A stretch of DNA of 38,423 bases from Macrostomum lignano (taxonomy: Eukaryota), in contig NIVC01004676.1 in assembly GCA_002269645.1 (NCBI GenBank), forward strand, positions 1 to 38,423, given 5' to 3'. The notes beneath the pieces are model-generated. The model did no database searches. It worked only from the letters and a program-made list of their open reading frames with translations, and had not been told where the DNA came from. The translations under genes were made by a program, and so were the position numbers. Shown in pieces: positions 11,013 to 25,281 of the stretch. Position 1 is the stretch's first letter; each line of letters starts with the position of its first letter.

Positions 11013-11906
11013 GCCTACAGTAAGTAAAGACCCTAGGCCTAGATAGTGTCTTATGTGACAACCATAGAAATAACCATTTTGTTATTTATATGGTCACTGT
11101 AACAATAACAACTGCCTTGAAAAATAGTTAATTATATTGGCTTAGTATTTTTTAATATAGATTATAGAGACTTTTATGCTAGAACTTAGGACATTAGACC
11201 TAATAATAGTTTTTAAACTATATCTTTTTGCAACTATAGCCTAAAGGCTAAAGGAACTTAGAATATTAGAGCAACAAAAACAATATAGGGCCTAGCCAAC
11301 AAGTATTATGTGACAATGAGAAAATGTTAGCAATTTTTTTATACAAATCAATTTAATCTGGGCGTTGGCTAATTGCTAATTTATTTTACACTGGCTTATG
11401 ACTATGTCATGTAATGATTGTAGTCATGATAGCCATAGCCATACCATAGGCACTATAGTATTATACCAGAGCGTTATGGACATACTAACATACAAACATT
11501 AGAGATTTAGTATATTTGGATTAGTTAGGCCTAATTTTTTCATTAGTTTAACTATTTAATCGAAATTTATATGTTTACTAATACTAACAGTCTGTGACAG
11601 TCTAAATACGTTAGAAAATTTCATTGGCGAGTCTACAGAATTCTGAAGACATAATCGATGTGTTGATGCGATCACGATTATCCGCTACGCGACCGCGATC
11701 TCGATCAAACATCTTGTAAAATCATGCCGTGATCTAAAACATTTAAACTTGTAATAGTAAATCAAAACTTATCAGTTTTTTTACTAATGTCTACTAAAAA
11801 TCAAGATTTTTACTTTTTCAACGTTTTAAGCTTTTAAAAAAATAAAATTCATTACATAGGTTCTTACTGTGCTAATTCCAGAGTAAGAGCACTTCCCTTA
11901 ACGAGC

Positions 11907-12156
11907 GGGTGTTGCTATTTCGCGGCCCGGCCCGGCGGTCTTGTTACTTTGGTTTTTAACTTAATTTAAAAAATAGAGCATCAGAAGTTCATTAAATTAA
12001 CAATCAATATTTTACAATGTAGTAAACTCACAATTGACTCTAAAAATATGTGGCATTCTGGTCAGTATATTTTGTTTTACTTATTTACTAAAATAGATTT
12101 ACATTGGCTAAATAGGGGCCGCCCGGGCCGGGCCGGGCCGCGAAATAGCAACACCC
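11907..12156. mobile_element. MITE with 9-bp TSD (Mutator-like)
   Basis: Perfect 30-bp TIR GGGTGTTGCTATTTCGCGGCCCGGCCCGGC. Direct repeat TTAACGAGC at 11898-11906 and 12157-12165. AT-rich interior. Confidence 0.85.
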
Positions 12157-13212
12157 TTAACGAGCTGCCCTGAATCACAGTGCAAAAATGTTTCTAAAGG
12201 AACTTTTTTAAAAATGCTTTCATGAAATATTTAAACAAAAAAGAAACGCAATGTGTGGGATGTAACATTAATTACATTTAACATTAATTTTACGTGCAAT
12301 TTTTATTGCGCGTTGCATGCTTGGCAAAAATTTTACATGTATATTTCATTGTATGTTGCATATTTATGCCAAATGTGCAATAGCAGGTAACGGTACAGAA
12401 ACTGAATGTCACGTTGTGATAGAATGAGTAGCGAAAGTTATGAAATCCTTTCATAAGATTTTACGCCGTGTGAAGGACTCATCAGACTGAATGATAAATT
12501 TACCGAATTACCGAAAAAATGCGTGTTAAAGGCGCGTTGTTTACGCGCTTAAATGCAAACGAAAACGCACATTTTATGCGCATTATACGCGAGTATCTGT
12601 TGGTTGCGAAGGGTCAGAATATAGCCTCTACACTAGAGCAACTGCAGTATTTCGACTTTTGACTTAAATTAGACACTTAAGAGCTGTAAAAACTCTGAGT
12701 GTATCATATCCCAGCTTCATTCTGCATATACAATTATGCATATGTTTCATATTCACTTAAAATGATAATTCAGTTAAATTTAACTGTGTATTTTTACGGT
12801 CTACTATATTACATGTGTACTTTAGTCCGTAATTGTACTAAAGCAGACGAGAAATTTTGCGAGGCTAGGACAGATAAGATTCCTTAAGCAGTTTTTCTTA
12901 TTTCAATATTCACTGCAGACCCCACATCTCGAAAGTGATTTCGCACAAGAAGATAAGCGAATTAGCACGATATTCGTCTGCGCCTCCAAGATGAAAATCT
13001 AGAAACGCTCACAGCAAATCTTGCTCGCTTCCTACCCTCACTCCGCGATCCACAGTCTACAATTAAATACAAAGTGACCTACGGACGGAGGTCTTAAATG
13101 AATTCGTCAACCCGCAGAAAAAAAGCTAGCCTTAGATAACTTCATTTCACTTTTCTCTCAAGCGCTCTCTCTGACACAGCAAGTTGCTACTAATTTTTGT
13201 GCGTTTCTCGGC

Positions 13213-13245
13213 CAGACAGACAAACAGACACTAAGACAGACACTA

Positions 13246-13339
<94 letters not shown>
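13213..13339. repeat. (GACA)n microsatellite
   Basis: About 30 mostly perfect CAGA units with AAAC and CACTAA interruptions. Confidence 0.95.
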
Positions 13340-13850
13340 CTACACACTGGCCCAGCAGTGCAGAAGCAACTCCATCCATCGAACCCAAAAGTCTCCCAGT
13401 GACCGGAGTAATGTCCAGCTGCCTCGCCAAAAACAACCTATAGCACAGTAACGATTTTTTCGACAATTAATTGTTTTGTTTTTCATGTGTTTTCTGCAAA
13501 AAACCTCTCACAAAAGAACTGGCCATTGCTTAATGGACGCAAAGAGCTGGACAATTGGGCTCATTATAGCCATGGACAGGCACGGTCCTGTCTCTGCACA
13601 GGTTGCACAAAAAGCCCCTGGATTCATTTTCCGATTCCATCTCCATTTTTGAAAGCAAACGGCACGATCTCAATGAAAAAATCAGCTTCGATTGAACACA
13701 TTTTTCCGATGATCAAAAGAAAAACTGGACTTGAAAGAAGACTTGTCCAGAAACTTTCGGTATTTGCGTGATTCATTTCTAAGCATAAGTGAAGAAGCTT
13801 GCTGTCTCTTGAGCAGATAAATGATGCAACTAGGGTTGCGGTTGCTGAGC

Positions 13851-15960
13851 AGAGTGAGAGTCAGTCACTGATCATTATAGAATTGTAGAGTGAGAGTCAG
13901 TCACTGATCATTATAGAATTGTAGAGTGAGAGTCAGTCACTGATCATTATAGAATTGTAGAGTGAGAGTCAGTCACTGATCATTATAGAATTGTAGAGTG
14001 AGAGTCAAGTCACTGATCATTATAGAATTGTAGAGTGAGAGTCAGTCACTGATCATTATAGAATGGTAGAGTGAGAGTCAGTCACTGATCATTATAGAAT
14101 GGTAGAGTGAGAGTCAGTCACTGATCATTATAGAATTGTAGAGTGAGAGTCACAGTCACTGATCATTATAGAATTGTAGAGTGAGAGTCAGTCACTGATC
14201 ATTATAGAATTGTAGAGTGAGACAGTCACTGATCATTATAGAATTGTAGAGTGAGAGTCACAGTCACTGATCATTATAGAATTGTAGAGTGAGAGTCAGT
14301 CACTGATCATTATAGAATTGTAGAGTGAGAGTCAGTCACTGATCATTATAGAATTGTAGAGTGAGAGTCACAGTCACTGATCATTATAGAATTGTAGAGT
14401 GAGAGTCAGTCACTGATCATAGAATGGTAGAGTGAGAGTCAGTCACTGATCATAGAATGGTAGAGTCAAGGTCACAGTCACTGATCATAGAATGGTAGAG
14501 TGAGGGTCACTGTCACTGATCATAGAATGGTAGAGTGAGGGTCACTGTCACTGATCATAGAATGGTAGAGTGAGGGTCACTGTCACTGATCATAGAATGG
14601 TAGAGTGAGGGTCACAGGCACTGATCATAGAATGGTAGAGTGAGGGTCACAGTCACTGATCATAGAATGGTAGAGTGAGGGTCACAGTCACTGATCATAG
14701 AATGGTAGAATGAGAGTCACTGTCACTGATCATAGAATGGTAGAGTGAGGGTCACAGTCACTGATCATAGAATGGTAGAGTCAGGGTCACTGTCACTGAT
14801 CATAGAATGGTAGAGTGAGGGTCACAGTCACTGATCGTAGAATGGTAGAGTGAGGGTCACAGTCACTAATCATTATATATGTAGAATTGTAGAGTCAGGG
14901 TCACAGTCACTGATCATTATACATGTAGAATTGTAGAGTCAGGGTCACAGTCACTGATAGAATGGTAGAGTCAAGGTCACAGTCACTGATCATAGAATGG
15001 TAGAGTGAGGGTCACTGTCACTGATCATAGAATGGTAGAGTCAGGGTCACTGTCACTGATCATAGAATGGTAGAGTCAGGGTCACTGTCACTGATCATAG
15101 AATGGTAGAGTCAGGGTCACAGTCACTGATCATAGAATGGTAGAGTCAGGGTCACAGTCACTGATCATAGAATGGTAGAGTGAGGGTCACAGTCACTGAT
15201 CATAGAATGGTAGAGTGAGGGTCACAGTCACTGATCATAGAATGGTAGAGTGAGGGTCACTGTCACTGATCATAGAATGGTAGAGTCAGGGTCACAGTCA
15301 CTGATCGTAGAATGGTAGAGTGAGGGTCACAGTCACTAATCACTATACATGTAGAATTGTAGAGTCAGGGTCACTGTCACTGATCATTATACATGTAGAA
15401 TTGTAGAGTCAGGGTCACTGTCACTGATCATTATACATGTAGAATTGTAGAGTCAGGGTCACAGTCACTGATAGAATGGTAGAGTCAGGGTCACTGTCAC
15501 TGATAGAATGGTAGAGTCAGGGTCACTGTCACTGATCATAGAATGGTAGAGTCAGGGTCACAGTCACTGATAGAATGGTAGAGTCAGGGTCACAGTCACT
15601 GATAGAATGGTAGAGTCAGAGTCACTGTCACTGATCATAGAATGGTAGAGTGAGGGTCACTGTCACTGATCATAGAATGGTAGAGTGAGGGTCACTGTCA
15701 CTGATCATAGAATGGTAGAGTGAGGGTCACTGTCACTGATCATAGAATGGTAGAGTGAGGGTCACTGTTACTGATCATAGAATGGTAGAGTCAGGGTCAC
15801 AGTCACTGATAGAATGGTAGAGTCAGGGTCACTGTCACTGATCATAGAAAGGTAGAGTCAGGGTCACTGTCACTGATCAAAGAATGGTAGAGTGAGGGTC
15901 ACAGTCACTGATCATAGAATGGTAGAGTGAGGGTCACAGTCACTGATCACTGTCAGGGTC
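13851..15960. repeat. 35/36-bp minisatellite, ~59 copies
   Basis: Left unit TCAGTCACTGATCATTATAGAATTGTAGAGTGAGAG (36 bp). Right unit AGAGTGAGGGTCACAGTCACTGATCATAGAATGGT (35 bp). Confidence 0.97.
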
Positions 15961-16707
15961 ACGAATAACAAAAGCCAGTCTGCCCAGTGAGTGAACATCA
16001 ACTGCATGGCATGCATTTTGCAGACCCCTAAAAAATGATTACCAAAATCGTGCACCAAACGACCGACGGCCTCTGCTGCATACGGAGGTCCTTCTTCACC
16101 CCCCGCCAGAGAGAAACATGAAAAAAGTGTAGGGAAAATACCAGCAAATGGTATAGGCCTACGCCAACCCGGATGGCAAATAGATGGATGGATGGAAGTG
16201 ACGAGGTATGCGATAATGGAGACAGTGTTTGATTAGGGGGGGGGGGTTAACTTCCTGGTTATCCCTGATGGCAGAGGGATATGTTGCTTGAGCTCAAATT
16301 TAGCTGTCAAAGTCACAAGCTCATATAGGGATAAGCTCTGAAGGCTGCTCCTACATGTACCAGTGAAATCTAATCTTGACTGCTCGCGGGGCTGGAGGTG
16401 TGCTCGAGAGAGAAAGAGTGACATATAGTGCGGGGGAATTCTGCAAAGGACTCGAAATTATTTTTTCTCTCAACTGAGATGGGGGGCACTGAAGCTGTCA
16501 TATGCAGACGCTGGTGTTTCTCACTGTTCAGTCATGTTTTGGGTTATTTAACACATCTTCGGTGGGTATCAGTAGTCTAATAGAGTATTCCACTGAAAAT
16601 AGTATCCCTAAGATAATAGTTGGGAATAGTATACGAGCCGTAGTTATAGATATTAAAGCCTTTATCTTTACTTTGTATGTTGGGGGCCCCGTTTGGGTTT
16701 TAGGAGA

Positions 16708-17300
16708 GCCACTTTAGATGTTAGGGGGCGCCACTTTAGATGTTAGGGGGCGCCACTTTAGATGTTAGAGGCGCAACTTTAGATGTTAGTTGGCGCCACT
16801 TTAGCTGTTAGGGGCGCTACTTTAGATGTTAGTTGGCGCCACTTTAGATGTTAGTTGGCGCCACTTCAGATATTAGTTGGCGCCACTTTAGATGTTAGTT
16901 GGCGCCACTTCAGATATTAGTTGGCGCCACTTTAGATGCTAGTTGGCGCCACTTTAGCTGTTAGGGGGTGCCACTTTAGATGTTAGTTGGCGCCAATTTA
17001 GATGTTAGTTGGCGCCACTTTAGCTGTTAGGGGCGCTACTTTAGATGCTAGTTGGCGCCACTTTAGATGCTAGTTGGCGCCACTTTAGCTGTTAGGGGCG
17101 CTACTTTAGATGCTAGTTGGCGCCACTTTAGATGTTAGGGGGCGCCACTTTAGGTGTCTGGGGGCGCCAGTTTAGATGTTAGGGGGTGCCACTTTAGATT
17201 TTATGGGGTGCCACTTTAAATGCTAGTTGGCGCCACTTTAGATGTTATGGGGTGCCACTTTAGATGTTATGGGGCGCCATTTTAGATTTTAGGGGCTCCA
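16708..17300. repeat. 22-bp minisatellite, ~27 copies
   Basis: Units GCCACTTTAGATGTTAGTTGGC and GCCACTTTAGATGTTAGGGGGC. Confidence 0.95.
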
Positions 17301-17869
17301 GTTTGGGTATGAAGAGCGCTAAAAATGGCGCTTACCTGTCAAACAAGCAAATTCCTAAATTTCTCTGATTCACTGATTGATCGATAGAATCTCTAGGAAA
17401 AAACTTGTCCTTTTGAACTGATGCCAAAAAAATTTTTTTTCAAGCAAATAACACAAGAAAAAGAGAGAGGGGGGAAGAGAGGAACAGAAATGGAAAGTGA
17501 GAAGTCAACAAAGAAAGGAACAGGAGGAGAAACAAAGAGACAGAGAAAGAGAGAGAGACACAGAGAGACGGGCAGATGAGGCGCAGCTGCAGGGGTCGCT
17601 GAGCACGGATCCACATTTGGCAAACAATTGGCAACGTTGTGTAAGAGGCGGCGGGGCGCGTCGTCGGGTAAGGAAAGCTTGAAGATGGGCCTGTGTTTGT
17701 CTTTCCTGTCAGAGTGCGCAGTCGGCAAGGTGGCTGGAATCGCCCCGGCGTCACGATTCTCTTTTTGTTCATTCCAGCCTCTCTAGCTGAACGCCATCGC
17801 GGATATAAAAAGCAACTGTTAGCTAAACTGATGAATGCCGAATGAAAGGCGGTTTTAAAAAATGCACTG

Positions 17870-18449
<580 letters not shown>

Positions 18450-18688
18450 CCGCTTCCTGAGCCTGGCAATTTGATTTGCACCGATGCGCGGTGACCCACC
18501 GATCCTCCCATCCCTATTAAGCTGGTTGTTTTTGTTCAAAGCTAAAGTATTCTTCAGCTTAGCGGAAATGATTAGCTGGGAAGAATAGTCTTACTGCCTG
18601 TTGAGTTCTTGATGATCAGTAAGGTCTTGAATTATAGGGAGTAGTGCCCTTGTGAAATTCTATGGATAGCTGCTTAGCCCAATTAGAA

Positions 18689-19295
18689 CACCAATTAGGG
18701 GTAGGTTAAGGCTTGGAGTGAACTAATTAGGGGTAGGTTAAGGCTTGGAGGGCACCAATTAGGGGTAGCTTAAGGCTTGGAGGGCACCAATTAGGGGTAG
18801 GTTAATGCTTTTATGGCACAAATTTGGGGTAGGTTAAGGCTTGGAGGAAACCAATTAGGGGTAGTTTATGGCTTGGAGGAAACCAATTAGGGGTAGTTTA
18901 TGGCTTGGAGGAAACCAATTAGGGGTAGTTTATGGCTTGGAGTGAACTAATTAGGGGTAGGTTAAGGCTTGGAGGAAACCAATTAGGGGTAGTTTATGGC
19001 TTGGAGGAAACCAATTAGGGGTAGTTTATGGCTTGGAGGAAACCAATTAGGGGTAGTTTATGGCTTGGAGGGAACCAATTAGGGGTAGTTTATGGCTTGG
19101 AGGGAACCAATTAGAGGTAGTTTAAAGCTTTTATGACACCAATTAGAGGTAGGCTAAAGCTTTTATGACACCAATTAGAGGTAGGCTAAAGCTTTTATGG
19201 CACAAATTAGGGGTAGGTTAAAGCTTTTACGGCACCAATTAAAGGTTGTTTAAAGCCTTTATGGCACCAATTAGAGGTTGGTTAAAGCTTTTAGG
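18689..19295. repeat. 32-bp minisatellite, ~19 copies
   Basis: Unit GGAGGAAACCAATTAGGGGTAGTTTATGGCTT, with more diverged copies at both ends. Confidence 0.95.
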
Positions 19296-20244
19296 GCATT
19301 GCTTATTGGTAGGTTATCGCCACATAGGGATGAGAAAAGCACCCTCAGGTGCGGGATGCAACCCGGAGGATGACACTCGTGAACTGGGTGAGGCATAAAG
19401 GCATAAAAAGGAAGCGAAAAACTTCTCAGCTGAGCCCGGGGTGAGACTGGAATTATATTTAAAAATTGCTTAAAAAGCTGCAATTCCCATCGGAGGGCGG
19501 AGGTTCTGTTGATTCCCCTGAGCAAGTCGGTGGACTTGCCCCGCTCTGTCACTTTGTGAATACCAAATGAATCTGTGCTTGATTATCACCTCTCACTCTT
19601 TCTCTCTCTGGCTCCTTTCCAAGAATCCACTGCGCTTGACTAAGAGAGCAGAAATAGAAAAGATAAAAAACTGTGCGATTTCATTTTCATGGGGCAGAAG
19701 CAGCGAGAAAATAGAAAAAGAAGATTCTGCAGCTAGAAAATCATCTCTGGCGAATTATTTTTTTTCTAATTGACCGCTCCTGAGCATCGAATTCCCTGCG
19801 GGCTTCGGAGCCGCACCTGGTCCCACCGGTGGGCCGGCAGTCTAATTAATTGATTTTCGCTTCGGCCCCAAGCGCTTCCCTCTTTCAGCTTCGGACAGCT
19901 TTTGCCTTTATATATAATCCCTTTGAGTCTCTGAAGTCTCAAGTCCTGCCCCCCTGACTGCCTGCTGATTCTGCGAGGCCATAAGCCGCAGGGAATGCGA
20001 TGAGTTCAGTTTGAGCTTATTCATGCCTTCAGCCCGTTGCTTTTCAAGCCCTAACCAGGAAAATTTCATGATGAAGTGCTAATTTTATTTGCTGACTAAA
20101 TTATTCTGAGATTCCTTTTGCAGGCAAATCTGTGCTGCTCTGTCTGTCAAGACTGATGCCTCAACTCTATTGTAGTTGTGTGCTCACAATGGCTGCCCCT
20201 TTTACCCCTAATGCTGTCATATATAAGTCTGATTGTACGATGCA

Positions 20245-20800
20245 GTGTCAGAATCAATCAGGATCACTGAATGCTGTACCGTGTCAGAGTCAAGCAGGAC
20301 TGCTCACTGCATGCTCTACGGTGTCAGAGTCAAGCAGAACTGCTCACTGCATGCTCTACGGTGTCAGAGTCAAGCAGAACTGCTCACTGCATGCTCTACG
20401 GTATCAGAGTCAAGTAGAACTGCTCACTGCATGCTCTACGGTATCAGAGTCAAGCAGGACTGCTCACTGCATGCTCTACGGTGTCAGAGTCAAGCAGAAC
20501 TGCTCACTGCATGCTCTACGGTGTCAGAGTCAAGTAGAACTGCTCACTGCATGCTCTACGGTGTCAGAGTCAAGTAGAACTGCTCACTGCATGCTCTACG
20601 GTATCACAGTCAAGTAGAACTGCTCACTGCATGCTCTACGGTATCAGAGTCAAGTAGAACTGCTCACTGCATGCTCTACGGTGTCAGAGTCAAGCAGAAC
20701 TGCTCACTGCATGCTCTACGGTATCAGAGTCAAGTAGAACTGCTCACTGCATGCTGTACAGTGTCAGAGTCAAGCAGGACTGCTCACTGCATGCTGTAAC
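20245..20800. repeat. 40-bp minisatellite, 13 copies plus one degenerate copy
   Basis: Unit GTGTCAGAGTCAAGCAGAACTGCTCACTGCATGCTCTACG, exactly periodic over 20281-20800. Confidence 0.97.
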
Positions 20801-23221
20801 CTATGCCATATCAGTATCATTTCAATAATGTTCACTTCAGCCGCATGGACAGCTGATCAGTGGTCGAACACCAATGGCCTACTTGAGAATCGCTCCCTTC
20901 GATCCATTTGTCAGCCTGGCCACGCCCCTCCCCTCTTATATTCTTTATTTGCTCTCGAGTACTAATAATTTCCAGGCCCCGCGCAACGACTCTTACTTAT
21001 CTGCTGCTGTCAATCCAGGTAACTCATGCGATCATTACCCAAGCAGAGCGACCAGAGGATGGAGGGGCGCCATAGTGGTGGATAAAATAGAGATACGGGA
21101 GCGTAAAAAAGAGAGAACGACAGGATCGACATCCGGCGTGACCCTCGCCAGGAGGAACAGCAGCACAGATTGTCAAGTGCCTCGCGCGAGGTTAACAATA
21201 ACGCACGTACAGAAGACAGAATAACACAATAACCGATTGGACAATGCGACTTCTCTATTATGAGGCGTATTATATAGAGGCTGAGTTTTTGTCTGCCAGA
21301 GAAAACCGGAGACGACGGTCCCGTGATTGTCGGTTGAAAATGGGATAATAATCCCCTAACCCAGACCAGCAGCTTCGCAATATAATAGGATTGATAGTAG
21401 GGATCTCCCTGAACTGAGCCCTACTGACTTAAATGACTGCCTCTTGTAGTTGTAAATTATGCACTCGGTTAGCTAATTAATTATTCATGAGGTTAACAGA
21501 TAAACTGCCGAGAGGACCGGGAACAAGAAGTATAAAAACAGATTTGGATAGAGATAGAGAGTTCTCAAGCTCGACCAAGCACATTAGGCTGAGAGTTGCA
21601 CTATACCTAACTAATATCATGTCGATAGCGCGCACCTATGCGTATATGTACTCAAGCAGCTCTCAAACTTGCTGATTTCCAAGTGATCGGTATCGAATAT
21701 CTACCAAAAGTACATTTGCTTGCTTAGAAATAACAATAATTAGGAAGACGTTTAGGCCACGCCCACGCAGCCTCTTGAAGTCTCTTCGCTTGGTTTTCCC
21801 GCCTCAAGGACTGCATAATCCTGACCCTGTCTGACCCCTTGCCAACGCCTACTACATGCACACGCTTATCAAATGTTCGTTCGTTCGTCATCCTTTTTCA
21901 TCAGTCTCACTCAGGGGTAGCTCTGCATTAAAATGATAGCCTGATAACATTGTGAGTCCGCCCCGAACGAAACACCTGCTTGCTTGATGTGTCCACAAGG
22001 TGAGAAAGTTTCCTATATCTCGTTGATGCATTTTTCCCCAGCAAAAACCAAGTGTTTTGCCAGCTTAGCGTCCTTGTAGCTTAGCTGTCCATGCTCCGTT
22101 CAAGCGAAGCGGCAAACTTTTCTACTGTTAAACAGCAACGAAACCAGAGAGAAAAAACGTCCGATTGTATCGAATCGGAAGGTAACTCATAGATTTTCTG
22201 TCTCACTCCATTCATTTTTATTGCTTCCGCGTTGAATCGCGCAGTGAAAGCCGTCGGAAATAAATCTCTGCCGTCTCGGGTTGCGTCATAAAAATTGAAA
22301 AGCCAGTGGGGAGTGGAGGGGCTTTGAGAGCATGCGGGGAGAGCTCGTCTCGACGAGCGAGATAAAAATTCAGAGAGATTTTTAAGCCACCTGTCACACC
22401 GCCATCGCCTCTGCTCGGGGGTCGAATTTCGGAGCAGGCCGAATATTTACGACAGCGCTAAGCTGCCCGCGCCCTAATCCCTGGGATTGGGGTGGCGCGC
22501 GATAACTCCTGATTTGCCTCCCAGGGCGTCAAGCCGTACAAGCAGAGGCGTCGGGGCTCAAATCCGTTGATCTTCTCAAATCTTGGCGACTCAGCCGCTT
22601 CCTGTTGTTGACCGCCAGGCGGGTCATGTTTCTCAATCGAGGCCCCAGGCTGGCTTAATTTCAAAATTCATCTACCAGGAGGATGGGGGACCATCGCCTC
22701 GTGTCCCTGTTTGGTCTCTGTTTAGGTCAACATCTCAATAGCGAGGTAGTTTTAGCTTTCGCCGGGGGGTTCGCCAATCTAATTATCCGGCCATAATAAA
22801 GTACAATCGACAGCGTTTGTTGAGTACAGAACACTTCTTGATTGAGGAAATTCCAACACCACTTGATTACTCAACTAGCGAATGAAATTGGATGAAGTGT
22901 GAGACTGCAGGAACACTTTCAGACACTTCATCACTTCCCATCTTAAAGAGTTGAAGCCTTGTCTTTCCGCTGTATATCGCTTGTCTTTAAGAATTCGGTC
23001 TAATTTGATCAAAAATGGAAATTCGGCCCTTCTTTGACTGCGTTGTAGCGTAGGAAAAATAATTCGGGCGGGTGTTGATGAGGCTCTGCGAGTGCCGCTG
23101 TAAAAGTACTTCTTAGCGGGAAAGTTGTAAGGGCACCAAAATGGCATTATGAGATGTCTTGCGCCGAGCAGGATACCTCTGGTAGAGTATTTATTTCGAA
23201 CATTAAGAACTATTTTGGTCT

Positions 23222-23383
23222 GGGATCAAGACTGCATTCTTCAGGACAGGGGATCAGGACTGCATTCTTCAGGACAGGGGATCAGGACTGCATTCTTCAG
23301 GACAGGGGATCAGGACTGCATTCTTCAGGACAGGGGATCAGGACTGCATTCTTCAGAACAGGGGATCAGGACTGCATTCTTCA
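23222..23383. repeat. 28-bp minisatellite, ~6 copies
   Basis: Unit ACTGCATTCTTCAGGACAGGGGATCAGG. Confidence 0.95.
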
Positions 23384-24264
23384 ACCATAGACAAGGTACA
23401 TAGCCATTCTAAACTTACTTTATTGAAGCATTTTTATGGCCATCCTATTGTGGAAGTCGGTTTGTTGTAACTACATGCATTAAGCCAAGTGTATTAGGAG
23501 CCAAATCAAAGGGAAGCAAATGAGCAAGAGCTTGATTGACAGGTACAGAGAGAGCTGGGTGGGGGAAAGGGTAGAAACAAAGGAGAACTCCAATGCTGTA
23601 ACTAAGCATGGTGAGCTAGCTTATTAGCGATTAATAACGATAGTTGCCACATCATCCAGTTGACTCTGTTGCCCCCACCCCCAGCTCTTCAGTTGAATCT
23701 GTCAACAATTCGTGTCTCCAACTTTATTTTTGACTTAGCGACTAAAATATCAGTGAATCAACTTGAGGAAATAAATCCCCTCCTATTCAGTTTTGACTTT
23801 CTCAACTCAGCAAGCGAGTTGCTCTTTCCTGTTAGCGGAAGCTGTCTGCTTCATCGCCCGTCCCTCAACTCACTCGCATCGAGTCCCCAACCAACCAACC
23901 CCATTTGCAAGCCTCTCCAGCCTCTTCCAGGCGCGGTCAGGAATCAATTAAATCAGAGCTCAGCAGGGGATCTCAACACCCTTGCCAGCCCTACAGCAGG
24001 CTTGGAGGCGGATAAATAATGAAGTGTGACTGGCACATGGGTCAGGGGTACTAGTACAGTTCTCTCTCTGACCCTCGGTTGCGTCTCCTCTGCATCGACT
24101 TAAATTTATCCTTGATATGGGGGGAGGGAGATCTTACAGCACCAGCGATTTGACTGAGAGATTTTCCAACCAACTTTAGCTTCGGTGACGACAAGCATAC
24201 ATTTTTTATCAGTCGCATTATTTCATAGTGCTGCTATCAATTTAACAATATCTGTCTATCTAGT

Positions 24265-25281
24265 CCGGGGTGGGCAAACTCCCGGCCCGCGGGCCTCTCT
24301 ATCCGGCCCTCGGACACTTTAGAATGGCAATCCGGCGCGCTCAAGGTTTGTCTCTTCTCAGCTCCTCTCCTCTCCTCTCCTCTCCTCTCCTCTCCTCTCC
24401 TCTCCTCTCCTCTCCTCTCCTCTCCTCTCCTCTCCTCTCCTCTCCTCTCCTCTCCTCTCCTCTCCTCTCCTCTCCTCTCCTCTCCTCTCCTCTCCTCTCC
24501 TCTCCTCTCCTCTCCTCTCCTCTCCTCTCCTCTCCTCTCCTCTCCTCTCTCCTCTCCTCTCCTCTCCTCTCCTCTCCTCTCCTCTCCTCTCCTCTCCTCT
24601 CCTCTCCTCTCCTCTCCTCTCCTCTCCTCTCCTCTCTCTCTCTCCTCTCCTCTCCTCTCCTCTCTCTCCTCTCCTCTCCTCTCCTCTCCTCTCCTCTCCT
24701 CTCCTCTCCTCTCCTCTCCTCTCCTCTCCTCTCCTCTCCTCTCCTCTCCTCTCCTCTCCTCTCCTCTCCTCTCTCCTCTCTCTCTCCTCTCTCTCCTCTC
24801 TCCTCTCCTCTCCTCTCCTCTCCTCTCCTCTCCTCTCCTCTCCTCTCCTCTCCTCTCCTCTCCTCTCCTCTCCTCTCCTCTCCTCTCCTCTCCTCTCTCT
24901 CCTCTCCTCTCCTCTCTCTCTCTCTCTCCTCTCCTCTCATCTCCTCTCTCCTCTCCTCTCCTCTCCTCTCATCTCCTCTCTCCTCTACTCTCCTCTCCTC
25001 TCCTCTCATCTCCTCTCTCCTCTCCTCTCCTCTCCTCTCCTCTCCTCTCCTCTCCTCTACTCTACTCTCCTCTCCTCTCCTCTCCTCTCCTCTCCTCTCA
25101 TCCTATCTCCTTTCTTCTCACTCATCTCTCCTCTCATAGCCTCTCTCATCTCTCCTCTCACCTCTCCTCTCTTCAGTCATCTCTTTCTTCTCTCTCCCTC
25201 ATTCCCTCTCCTTTCCACTCTTATCTGGACCGCAGTCATGAGCTGGAGAATTCTTAATCTGGCCCTAGAGGCCGACCCCTG
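24265..25281. mobile_element. Charlie/Buster-type hAT MITE containing a microsatellite expansion
   Basis: Left end CCGGGGTGGGCAAACTCCCGGCCCGCGGGCC and right end GGCCGACCCCTG resemble Charlie-type CAGGGGT(C/G)GGC termini. The flanks ATCTAGT (24258-24264) and ATCTAGAT (25282-25289) resemble the nTCTAGAn target preference, with one base missing on the left. Confidence 0.65.
24363..25140. repeat. (CTCCT)n pentanucleotide microsatellite
   Basis: About 150 units, degenerating towards 25215. Confidence 0.97.

Noticed and set aside
17800-17855. CTGATGA…GAAA as a minimal hammerhead ribozyme core
   Set aside because: Helix II would be only 2 bp, and I could not form helices I and III around a UH cleavage site in either permutation.
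22875-23147. 90-aa minus-strand ORF, and the similar 94-aa ORF at 13487..13771
   Set aside because: No recognisable motif or convincing exon boundaries.
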